A DNA stretch of 64,000 nt, from contig CP179889.1 in the NCBI GenBank assembly GCA_047456315.1, positions 448,776 through 512,775 on the forward strand. Reading direction: 5' to 3'. Of the stretch, positions 1 through 7,856 are shown in pieces (position 1 is the stretch's first letter; the number at the start of each line of letters is the position of its first letter). The position numbers were made by a program, and so were the translations under genes. Source of the stretch: Candidatus Nealsonbacteria bacterium. Its GTDB lineage: Bacteria > Patescibacteriota > Minisyncoccia > Minisyncoccales > JANBVM01. The notes below the pieces were generated by a model. The model searched no databases. It was not told the DNA's origin and worked only from the letters and a program-made list of their open reading frames with translations.

Positions 1-810
1 GAGGATATTAATATTGAAAACTTTAAAGAACGACTAATAGCTGAAAAAGAAATAATGGAGGCAGCTAATGCTATAATTGCCACCAGTCCCCCAGAGAAAA
101 GAGATATTATGCATTATTATGACTTCAAGTTAGAGGATAAAATAAAAATTATTCCTTGCGGTGTTAATCTTAAACGTTTTAGAAAAATAAACTTTGAAAA
201 TGCTAGAGATTATATTAATCATTTTTCCAAAGAAGATAAAATCATCTTATACATTGGACGAATAGATTGGCGCAAAGGAATTGAAACACTGATTAAAGCT
301 TTTCCCTTAGTTTTAAAAAGACTGCCTAAATTAAATTTAAATGTTATGGTTGTAGGTGGAAAAATCGGCAAAAGGGGTAATGTATCTGATAAAAAAGAAA
401 TTAGCCGATTAAAAAATATAGCTAAAGAATTAAATATTGAAAAAAGAGTCTTATTTTTAGGCAGAAGAGACCAGAAAAGACTCCGTTATTATTATTCAGC
501 TGGTGATATCTTTGTAACCCCTCCTTATTATGAACCATTTGGTATGACAGTATTAGAGGCAATGCGTTGCGGCCTGCCTGTAATTGCTTCAAATGTAGGT
601 GGACTTTCCTATATCATCAAAAACAGACGAACAGGAATCTTTTTCCCACCAGGAAATCATAAAATTCTTGCAAGAAAAATCATCCTGCTTTTTGAAAATA
701 AAAGGCTAAGAAATAAATTAACTAAAAAGGCTGAAGAAATGGTGAAAGAAAACTATAGCTGGACAAAAGTTTCTTCAGATGTAGCAAAATTATACCAAGA
801 ATTAATATGA
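1..810 (+). CDS. Glycosyltransferase family 4 (GT-B fold), C-terminal part; 5' end outside the window
   Basis: Frame is open from base 1 (EDINIENFKERLIAEKEI precedes the first Met at 55). C-terminal GT4 pattern EPFGMTVLEAMRCGLPVIASNVGG. Confidence 0.8.
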   Translation, partial: EDINIENFKERLIAEKEIMEAANAIIATSPPEKRDIMHYYDFKLEDKIKIIPCGVNLKRFRKINFENARDYINHFSKEDKIILYIGRIDWRKGIETLIKAFPLVLKRLPKLNLNVMVVGGKIGKRGNVSDKKEISRLKNIAKELNIEKRVLFLGRRDQKRLRYYYSAGDIFVTPPYYEPFGMTVLEAMRCGLPVIASNVGGLSYIIKNRRTGIFFPPGNHKILARKIILLFENKRLRNKLTKKAEEMVKENYSWTKVSSDVAKLYQELI

Positions 811-1895
811 AAATAGTTCAAATAGCGCCATTTGAAGAAAGTGTTCCTCCAAAGAAATATGGTGGAGTTGAATTAGTGATATATAATATCGTCCAAGAAT
901 TAGTTAAAAAAGGCCATCAGGTTTATCTTATAGCTTCTGGTGACTCTCAAACAAAAGCAAAATTATTGCCGGTATTCCCAAAAGCTCTCCGAACTTACAC
1001 TGAAGCTCAGGATATGAAAACAAGAGATTCTCTAAAATTTATTGGCGTTGGTAAAATACTTGAACATCTAAAAGATATTGATGCTGATATTATTCATAAT
1101 CATTTAGGCTGGCGATTACTTCCTTTTTCTCCTATTATAAAAGTACCGATTGTCACTACTCTTCATGGTCCACTTCATATTGACTATCAAAAATTAGTTT
1201 ACGGTAAATTCAAGAAAGCTAAATATATCTCAATTTCCAAAAATCAAAAAGAACCATTTCCAAGTCTTAATTATGTTGGTACTGTTTATAATGGAATTGA
1301 TTTAAAAAAATTCCAATTTTCAGAAAAAGCAAAAGATTATTTAGCATTTTTAGGCAGAATGTCTCCAGAAAAAGGCCCTGTTGAAGCAATAAAATCAGCA
1401 AAGAAAAGTGGCTTTAAATTAAAAATAGCGGCGAAAGTTGATGTTGTTGACAAAGATTTTTTTAAAACAAAAGTCAGTCCTTTAATTGACCGCAAACAAA
1501 TTGATTTTCTGGGAGAAGTAAGCCATAAAAGAAAAGTGGAGCTTCTGAAAAATGCAAAAGCTCTTCTATGCCCTATTCAATGGAGAGAACCTTTTGGGCT
1601 TTTCTTTATTGAAGCTATGGCATGTGGAACGCCTGTAATTGCTTTTAATCGTGGTTCAGTGCCAGAAATAATTAAAGACGGAGAAACTGGTTTTATAGTT
1701 GCCCCTTTTAATAAAAAAGCTAAGCCAAATATAGAAGGATTTGTAAAAGCAATAAAAAAGATTTATCAAATGCCAGAGACTGAATACAAAAAAATGCGGT
1801 ATAATTGCCGTAAACATGTTGAGAAAAATTTTAGTTTAGAAAAAATGACTAGTGAATATGAAAAGATATATTCTAGAATTCTAAAAAAGTTATAA
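807..1895 (+). CDS. Glycosyltransferase family 4
   Basis: 362 aa. GGVELVIYN N-terminal motif and EPFGLFFIEAMACGTPVIAFNRGSVPEII..GETG C-terminal GT4 motif. 4-nt overlap with the upstream GT gene. Confidence 0.8.
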   Translation: MKIVQIAPFEESVPPKKYGGVELVIYNIVQELVKKGHQVYLIASGDSQTKAKLLPVFPKALRTYTEAQDMKTRDSLKFIGVGKILEHLKDIDADIIHNHLGWRLLPFSPIIKVPIVTTLHGPLHIDYQKLVYGKFKKAKYISISKNQKEPFPSLNYVGTVYNGIDLKKFQFSEKAKDYLAFLGRMSPEKGPVEAIKSAKKSGFKLKIAAKVDVVDKDFFKTKVSPLIDRKQIDFLGEVSHKRKVELLKNAKALLCPIQWREPFGLFFIEAMACGTPVIAFNRGSVPEIIKDGETGFIVAPFNKKAKPNIEGFVKAIKKIYQMPETEYKKMRYNCRKHVEKNFSLEKMTSEYEKIYSRILKKL

Positions 1896-1916
1896 TTTTT
1901 CAAATCAGATTTCTCA

Positions 1917-1941
1917 AAAGCCTCATAACTTGGCTTTTTCT
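1917..1941 (+). terminator. Intrinsic terminator after the GT pair
   Basis: Stem AAAGCC (1917-1922) / GGCTTT (1932-1937), 9-nt loop, followed by a T-rich tract. Confidence 0.5.
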
Positions 1942-2076
1942 ATTGGGATGAGATAAATGAAACAGTAAAAAAAATACCCTAGTTATATTTAACAGGGTAA
2001 TTTTACATCTTTAGTCGCTGTAAAATTTTTTCCCCTAATCTTAAAGTTTCCATCAATTTTTCTGGCGGAGGCTCTT

Positions 2077-2814
2077 TTAGCGCCTGATTATGGTTCCCAC
2101 AAGGTATTTATCAGATACTCTTGAGAATGTCTCTCCATCTTTTGCACACTGAGAGAGTTCTTCCACATCAATGGTTATTTCTAACTTCCCGCATTTCAAT
2201 GTTACATCATTGATATCAGGTTCTTGCGGAGTAGACCCCCCGGAAACAGTACAAACAATCTGGTCTTTTTTATATCCTTTCAATCCAACAAAAGTGCCAT
2301 CAGCCATATTGTAAAGGTCCTTTTCAAAACCTCTATCTAACAAAAAAGACTCAACGCTGTCATACTGCTCGCTTGATATTCTATTGGCCTCAAAACCATT
2401 TCCTTCTATATCCACTTCTTCTATTTTTGGATCTACTTTAACTACCCATTTAAAATCAACTGGTTGTTCTTCTGAAAAATCTATCCCAGTTTCTTGTTTA
2501 AGGTCTTCAAGAAGATTTGAAATTTCATCCAAAGATACGCATTCACTTCCATCAAAACATTTATCAGGTCCGCAATCGCAAATCTTTACCTGATGACTAT
2601 TATCTGGTGAACAACCACAAGGACCAATAAGGCACAGGTTAGGAAAATCACCAGTTGCTTTACAACACAATGATGTGGAGATTGTTCCTCCAGAGTCTAC
2701 ACAGGCTTGTTCTATTTCTGTTAGCTCTTCGGACATTGATTGATAAAACCAATAACCTAATCCTGCTACAATTCCAATTATTATAAGAATGATTGCAATG
2801 ATTGTTTTAGACAT
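2077..2814 (-). CDS. Membrane-anchored or secreted Cys-rich protein, unknown function
   Basis: 245 aa. N-terminal hydrophobic anchor IIAIILIIIGIVAGLGYWF, then a Cys-dense module (CVDSGG..LCCKATGDFPNLCLIGPCGCSPD..CDCGPDKCFDGSEC). Preceded by an ECF-type promoter. Confidence 0.65.
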   Translation of the reverse strand: MSKTIIAIILIIIGIVAGLGYWFYQSMSEELTEIEQACVDSGGTISTSLCCKATGDFPNLCLIGPCGCSPDNSHQVKICDCGPDKCFDGSECVSLDEISNLLEDLKQETGIDFSEEQPVDFKWVVKVDPKIEEVDIEGNGFEANRISSEQYDSVESFLLDRGFEKDLYNMADGTFVGLKGYKKDQIVCTVSGGSTPQEPDINDVTLKCGKLEITIDVEELSQCAKDGETFSRVSDKYLVGTIIRR

Positions 2815-2856
2815 ATTATTTTTAAAAATTAAGTTTTTATATATTTTTCGACTCCT

Positions 2857-2893
2857 CTACTTAATATAACGATTGAAAGAGAAAAAGGTAACA
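2857..2893 (-). promoter_or_regulatory. ECF-type promoter GTTACC-N15-CGTTAT
   Basis: Minus-strand hexamers at 2887-2892 and 2866-2871, about 51 nt upstream of the start at 2814. Same architecture as three other sites in the window. Confidence 0.55.
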
Positions 2894-2985
2894 CTGTTGT
2901 AGAGTTTTTCAAACTCCTCCAAATTTCCTTTTTTGCATTGCTCAACAATTTCTTGCTCCATTACTGTATCCTACACTATCTTGAA

Positions 2986-3017
2986 GCAAAAAGCAGGGAT
3001 AAGAGCCCTGCTTTTTG
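2986..3017 (-). terminator. Intrinsic terminator after the chagasin-like gene
   Basis: Stem AGCAGGG (2992-2998) / CCCTGCT (3006-3012), flanked by A and T runs. Confidence 0.55.
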
Positions 3018-3022
3018 TAATC

Positions 3023-3589
3023 CTACTTGATTATCACTTTGTAGGTCAGGATTTTAATCGGTTCTCCCACCCAAGATCTCTCGTAAGAAAACCTTATTTC
3101 TACATCTCCTTTTTTCAGAGTAAGGAATTTGAAAAATTCTTGCCCTCCGACGCCAAAGGGAACTTCTATCTCTGACTCTTCTGAGCCTTCAATTCCTACA
3201 ACTCCTTCATCGATTTGATTCTGCACCAATTGTTCTTGAGCCTGATTGCTGTCAATAATGTCTCTTGCTCCATCCGAAGCGCCAGGCGATTGAATTCTCC
3301 CCTTTTCCAAAGACATTGACATTCTTGTATTTTCCTGAAAATCAGGGACATAATTTTTTTCAATCAGTTGAAGATAGTTTTGATCAAACTCTATTGTCCA
3401 CTGATAGCCAGTAGTAAGATTGGCCTCCAAAACTATTTCAAAGTCCTCGCCAACCTCCTTTTCTATTATTTGAATGCCGGCGTCTCTTGTGCTTTCTGTT
3501 GCTGGAGCAACGATATAATGGTTTGCTCCGTAGCTTACACCGACAACAATAAGCAATGAAATAAAGACAGTAATGATTAACTTTAACAT
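3023..3589 (-). CDS. Chagasin-family (I42) cysteine-peptidase inhibitor-like secreted protein
   Basis: 188 aa with a signal/anchor helix. NLTTGYQW matches the chagasin NPTTGYxW motif. C-terminal GVGGQEFFKFLTLKKGDVEIRFSYERSW matches the family's G.G...F.F.....G...I.F.Y.R.W pattern. Confidence 0.7.
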   Translation of the reverse strand: MLKLIITVFISLLIVVGVSYGANHYIVAPATESTRDAGIQIIEKEVGEDFEIVLEANLTTGYQWTIEFDQNYLQLIEKNYVPDFQENTRMSMSLEKGRIQSPGASDGARDIIDSNQAQEQLVQNQIDEGVVGIEGSEESEIEVPFGVGGQEFFKFLTLKKGDVEIRFSYERSWVGEPIKILTYKVIIK

Positions 3590-3629
3590 GTTTTTTTAAT
3601 AATTAATTATATACATCTTAATGACCTTT

Positions 3630-3666
3630 CTACTTAATATTACGATTGAGAGAGAGAAAGGTAACA
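3630..3666 (-). promoter_or_regulatory. ECF-type promoter GTTACC-N15-CGTAAT
   Basis: Hexamers at 3660-3665 and 3639-3644, about 49 nt upstream of the start at 3589. The 37-nt block is near-identical to 2857-2893. Confidence 0.55.
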
Positions 3667-3692
3667 AAAAAACCGCCTTTTTGGCGATTTTT
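3664..3692 (-). terminator. Intrinsic terminator
   Basis: Minus-strand ATCGCC-AAAAA-GGCGGT hairpin followed by a T7 run. Confidence 0.55.
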
Positions 3693-3694
3693 AT

Positions 3695-3712
3695 GCCTCT
3701 CGGTCTCTCGAA
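3695..3712 (-). repeat. 18-nt conserved motif ahead of a terminator, copy A (TTCGAGAGACCGAGAGGC on the minus strand)
   Basis: Plus strand GCCTCTCGGTCTCTCGAA. Related copies at 7824-7841 and 30673-30690, each immediately 5' of a terminator on the minus strand. Confidence 0.6.
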
Positions 3713-3766
3713 AGCCTCACAACTTGGCTCCCCTGGTGGGACGATGTTCGAACCTGTTTGGCTGCC

Positions 3767-3997
3767 TTATAGCTCTATTACTTTATCGCTAAACATAGAC
3801 TCTATCTTTATTTTACCTGTTCCAGAAACTACCTTTCCAATAATATCTGTATCTAACTCAGTAACAACATTATCAGCATCTTTGGAAGAAACCGACAAGA
3901 TAAAACCTATGCCACAATTAAATGTCTTATACATTTCCTCGTCAGAAACCCCTCTTTTGTATAATTCTTTAAAGATATTCTGCGGTTCTAATTTATG
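3767..3997 (-). pseudogene. purM: 3' remnant of purM (AIR synthetase); C-terminal ~76 codons only
   Basis: Minus-frame translation HKLEPQNIFKELYKRGVSDEEMYKTFNCGIGFILSVSSKDADNVVTELDTDIIGKVVSGTGKIKIESMFSDKVIEL*. The EEM.rTFNCGiGm block is the conserved PurM C-terminus. There is no upstream PurM sequence; the frame hits a stop at the end of the neighbouring gene (4002). Confidence 0.65.
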
Positions 3998-4001
3998 AGT
4001 T

Positions 4002-4744
4002 CTATTTTTTAATTAAATTAGTTGCTATTTCTAATCGTCCTTTAAAATTTTTCTGTGTACGACCTTGCCCGTAAAAACATGGAGAAACTATACATTTTTT
4101 ACCTTTAATTAAAAGGGGTCTTCCGCTTTCAACGACGGAAGCATAATCTTTATTTTGATTTAAAAGATATAATGGTTGTCTTCCTAGAAGAATAATCAAG
4201 TCTGGATTGCAAAATTCTATTTCGGCTTCTATCAACTCCTTACTCTTTTGCCTGTCAAAATTCCTATTTTTCCAAGAGCCTTCTTTATAAACCTTTGATG
4301 CGTCTGTCATATATAAAAGACCAAAGTCTATCCCCCATTCGGCTAATTGATTTCTTATTTTGTTCCAGCTATTAAACGAAAATGGCTTTTCTATATCTAA
4401 TTGATCAGTATATTCTTTATATTTATCCTTATTATTAATAACAGGCATGAGGTGGGTTAAAAGAATTATACTTCCCGCATCTTCTATAAAGAATCTTGAC
4501 CCACTATTAAAATACGAAAACCCAATTCGTCAGTGAAAAACTTTTTACCCCACCATAGTAAATCCACACCTCTTTGTGTGGGTTTATAGTCTTGATACGA
4601 AAGAAATATTTCTAAATCTTTACTGTAGTGATTCTTGGGAAACATTCTTTGAAAAACCTTTACAGGTGAACAATCATTGTAACAACTTTTGGGATATATT
4701 TTATATTTAGCAAAAAGTTGTGCTAATTCGCTGATTTTTTTCAT
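4002..4744 (-). pseudogene. Split gene, possibly UDG-superfamily-like (tentative); frameshifted
   Basis: ORFs 4484..4744 (ends ILIVGQDSL*) and 4002..4448 lie on the same strand. Both frames are open across about 4484-4520, so a single +/-1 shift would join them. The GQDS and IILLGRQP strand motifs weakly recall uracil-DNA glycosylase-like folds. Confidence 0.35.
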
Positions 4745-4759
4745 ATTTTAATTTTATTT

Positions 4760-4966
4760 TTATAAAACAAATGAAGCAGTATAAAAAGAAAGTTGATACC
4801 ATTTTTCTATTGAATAATTGCCTTTTCTGACAAACACATCAATTTTACCTTCTCGACCTGCCCAAATTTTCTTCTCTAGTTTCACCCTATATCCTAACCT
4901 CTCAAGATTTCTTTTAATTTCCTCTTGAATCTTCCGATGGTCAGTTGCCTTAACATCTAAAAGATT
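4760..4966 (-). pseudogene. Restriction-endonuclease-fold fragment (HsdR N-terminal-like), no start codon
   Basis: 68-codon open frame without ATG: NLLDVKATDHRKIQEEIKRNLERLGYRVKLEKKIWAGREGKIDVFVRKGNYSIEKW.. The pattern L..LGY...E......G.iDv......iE.K is typical of PD-(D/E)XK restriction-type domains. Confidence 0.35.
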
Positions 4967-5060
4967 TTTTATTAAAAAAATTATTTAGGTTTCAACTAAA
5001 TGCTTTATCTAAAATTACTTGCTCTCCTATTTTTTTGTTGGCCAATTAGATTTCATAAAT

Positions 5061-6008
5061 TTATACAGTAAAACTCGCCCTCCTTACACTGGGAGTATAT
5101 AGCTTGGAAAAATCTACATTAAGAAAGTTGCCCAAAGAAAACTTTTCGCCAATCTTTTCTTCTAAAAGCGTATGCCTTCTTGTGTCAATGATCGTCTTTA
5201 TCATTACATATACTAGAATACACTCCTCGTAATCTCTTTGAAAGTCAAAAGGTTTTTGGGCTCTTAAAATCCGACCCGTTGGTACCATTTTTCCTTCTCC
5301 ATTCTTCTTCTTTTGTTCTTCAAGGAAAGTAATGCAATCCTCAGAAGAACCAAGTGAGTGCATTTTCTTACTACCAGTTAAACCTATAGCTATGGCAAAA
5401 GGAGCGTTATAGAATCGCAACGAATGCTTGTAAGCGTTATATTCTCCTCTATCTGTAAAATCGTGCGCAAATATTAAAAGAAGCTTTTTAATGTTCTCCA
5501 GATTTTTCTTCCACTCCCCATCATTTAGTCTTGTTGAATAGATAAAGTAAAAAATCCATCTTAATAACGGAATTTCTATTTTCTTACCTTCTATCTCGGT
5601 TTTTATTTTCTCCGTAAAAATCTCTGAAGAATTAGTTATCTTTTCTATTCTTTTGTAAGTTTCAGAATAAAAGGGTGTATTTCTGTCATTCGAGAAAGTA
5701 AGAGCTACCCACAAATCTCTATTATCATGCTTTGATATAGCGAAAATAATTTCAAAGAGCGTTTCTATCATTTGAAAATACAAAAAATGCAATTCAGTTC
5801 GAATAGTACGCTTGAAATCCCCATCTATTGTTTCTTCCGTATTTTTTATCAAACTTGATTTAAGCTGATCAAAATCATCATGAGAGTTTTTTAAAAGCAT
5901 TATCCTGTATAGCCAATAGTCCGGATCATACATCCGATAAAATTCCTTTTGAAGATTGTCCAAATCGTTTACAGTAAAAGTCTTTAATTTTTTCTTTGGT
6001 ATGTGCAT
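5061..6008 (-). CDS. Hypothetical protein (defence-islet context)
   Basis: 315-aa ORF with no recognisable motif. N-terminus MHIPKKKLKTF echoes the repeated WPTKKL module. Confidence 0.55.
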   Translation of the reverse strand: MHIPKKKLKTFTVNDLDNLQKEFYRMYDPDYWLYRIMLLKNSHDDFDQLKSSLIKNTEETIDGDFKRTIRTELHFLYFQMIETLFEIIFAISKHDNRDLWVALTFSNDRNTPFYSETYKRIEKITNSSEIFTEKIKTEIEGKKIEIPLLRWIFYFIYSTRLNDGEWKKNLENIKKLLLIFAHDFTDRGEYNAYKHSLRFYNAPFAIAIGLTGSKKMHSLGSSEDCITFLEEQKKKNGEGKMVPTGRILRAQKPFDFQRDYEECILVYVMIKTIIDTRRHTLLEEKIGEKFSLGNFLNVDFSKLYTPSVRRASFTV

Positions 6009-6070
6009 ACTTTATAAATTTTCTCCTAATTTTTTTGTTGGGTAAATTGACTTCATAACTTTAAGATGGT

Positions 6071-7042
6071 TTATAAGACACACGCATTACATTTTCCTTC
6101 AATAATTCCTTTATACCTTGCTTTATCTATGATTTTAGTTCTTATTTTCTCGTTTAATTCCTCACTTTGTTTTGCAAGGGTTTCAGTTTCTTCATAAAAT
6201 TTCCTTATTTTTTCTATTATTTTAGGAGAATCTCGTAATTTTTTAATAAAATCCTTTGCTACAGCTTCGGATATCATGTTCCCTTGTATCACTAATCCTG
6301 CACCACCCCAAGAGAGTTCAAAGAATTCTCCGCTTCCTCCTAGCCCTCCTAATTCTGAACTTGATTTACGGACAATAGACACAGTTGCTTCTCCGCTTGG
6401 AAAGTCAGTTAAAATTTTCCTTAAAGTAAAAGTAATCATCCGTTGATAATAAGCGCACGGCGGATTATAAGAAGGGGAACAAGAAGGAAGTTTTATTTCT
6501 TTTTTAGCTCCTTCGTTGAGTTCTTTAATAAAAGTTTTAAGTTTGTCATTATATTTATTTACGGAATCTTTCCACTTTTGATATTCACTATATAAATGTG
6601 GGTAGCCACTTTTAAGGTGTTGGTTAATATAAAGAGGAGGATTTTCTATTCGATAGATATCCCAATACGCCCGCTCTTCTTGATCTGGTAAATTTCGTGG
6701 ATCGAGAATTAATCCCGAAACTTTTGTCAGCCACTTAGAAAAATTTTCTCCTAATCTCTCGCTGTGTGGTCTACTTAATTGAATTTTTTCAAATTTATAA
6801 TTTCGGTAAGCATAGTATGTAGTAATAAAAATTAAAACTATCGTTGATATTGCCTGAATTGCACCTGAATTTTTATTTAAAAAATCTATTTTCAAATAAA
6901 TAATACACCCAATTTCTACAACAATAATAAGAACTAAAATTATATCTATCCATTTCGGAATTTTGAATTGTAATTTTGCATTTTGCATTTTGATTTTTGA
7001 ATTTTCATCAAACCTCACTAATTTTTTTGTTGGCCAAGGCAT
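6071..7042 (-). CDS. Hypothetical membrane protein
   Basis: 323 aa. N-terminus MPWPTKKLVRF, two predicted TM helices (IDIILVLIIVVEIGCIIYL, AISTIVLIFITTYYAY), coiled-coil C-terminus. Confidence 0.55.
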   Translation of the reverse strand: MPWPTKKLVRFDENSKIKMQNAKLQFKIPKWIDIILVLIIVVEIGCIIYLKIDFLNKNSGAIQAISTIVLIFITTYYAYRNYKFEKIQLSRPHSERLGENFSKWLTKVSGLILDPRNLPDQEERAYWDIYRIENPPLYINQHLKSGYPHLYSEYQKWKDSVNKYNDKLKTFIKELNEGAKKEIKLPSCSPSYNPPCAYYQRMITFTLRKILTDFPSGEATVSIVRKSSSELGGLGGSGEFFELSWGGAGLVIQGNMISEAVAKDFIKKLRDSPKIIEKIRKFYEETETLAKQSEELNEKIRTKIIDKARYKGIIEGKCNACVL

Positions 7043-7168
7043 AATGTTATTTTCTTAAGAATTTCTTTATTTTCTTTCTTAATCGGCTTAATTCCTCAAA
7101 TTCTCGTTTATGTAATTTGCTTTGTTTGTTAACTAACCAAATAAATAGACTTTACCCCACCCCGCTAC

Positions 7169-7765
7169 TCACTGTTTTTTCTCTGCTAAGCGTATATATT
7201 TAATAAGTCTAAAACCATCAATTAGTTCAATAGGCTTATCTTCTGTAAATTGCTTAGCTTCAAGCGTAAATTTGTTTGTGGTTATAAAGTATCCTTTACC
7301 ATCAGCTAAATGGTCAGCAATAGCTCCGTAAAACTCTCTTAGTGCCACTACGCCAACCTTTGAGCTAGTATATTTCTTACATTGAATATAATGTTTGATG
7401 CCGTCTTTTTCGGCAATCACATCAATTCCGCCATTGATGTGAGCACCAGTCACTTTTGTTTTGTATCCGAGCCTTGAAAATAAATCAGCAATATATTGCT
7501 CAAATTCCCCAAAATTCATTCCTTGCAGCCAATGCAATAATTCTCTATCAGAACGCCACCGCTTGCCTTTCTTAAATTTTGCTTTTTTCCAAAAAGTACT
7601 ACCAACAAAGATAATTATAACAACAGCGGCTCCGTATGTAACCCAGTGCCAAAAATTAGCCCTATCTGTAAACCACAGAAGAAGTACATAGATAATATAA
7701 AAAATGCCCAACCTCCACAAAGTATCAAGAACAATATCGCTTAATGAATTTTTTCTTCTTGCCAT
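7169..7765 (-). CDS. Membrane-anchored Mrr-like restriction endonuclease domain protein
   Basis: 198 aa with two N-terminal TM helices. FEQYIADLFSRLGYKTKVTG...GGIDVIAEKDG..HYIQCKKY matches the Mrr_cat D-(D/E)xK core. Confidence 0.7.
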   Translation of the reverse strand: MARRKNSLSDIVLDTLWRLGIFYIIYVLLLWFTDRANFWHWVTYGAAVVIIIFVGSTFWKKAKFKKGKRWRSDRELLHWLQGMNFGEFEQYIADLFSRLGYKTKVTGAHINGGIDVIAEKDGIKHYIQCKKYTSSKVGVVALREFYGAIADHLADGKGYFITTNKFTLEAKQFTEDKPIELIDGFRLIKYIRLAEKKQ

Positions 7766-7794
7766 ATAATTTTTAGTATCACTATTATTCTACC

Positions 7795-7822
7795 AAAAAA
7801 CCGCCTAATTGGCGATTTTTTG
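7795..7822 (-). terminator. Intrinsic terminator downstream of tRNA-Gln
   Basis: Minus-strand AATCGCC-AATTA-GGCGGTT hairpin plus a T run. Close sequence relative of the 3664-3692 terminator. Confidence 0.55.
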
Positions 7823-7823
7823 T

Positions 7824-7841
7824 GCCTCTCGGTCACTCGAA
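7824..7841 (-). repeat. 18-nt conserved motif, copy B
   Basis: Plus strand GCCTCTCGGTCACTCGAA. Lies 16-33 nt 3' of tRNA-Gln on the minus strand and directly 5' of the terminator. Confidence 0.6.
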
Positions 7842-7856
7842 CTGCGCTCAACGATG

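Noticed and set aside
3755-3775. GGCAGCCAAACAGG on the minus strand resembles the AGCAGCCAAGG segment of SRP (4.5S) RNA
   Set aside because: Only about 8 nt match. There is no GNAR tetraloop partner or symmetric/asymmetric loop context, and the stretch overlaps the purM remnant stop codon.
3621-3998. Listed 125-aa plus-strand ORF
   Set aside because: It runs antisense to the purM remnant and across the promoter, terminator and motif block. Its sequence is low-complexity with no motif, so it is best explained as a shadow ORF.
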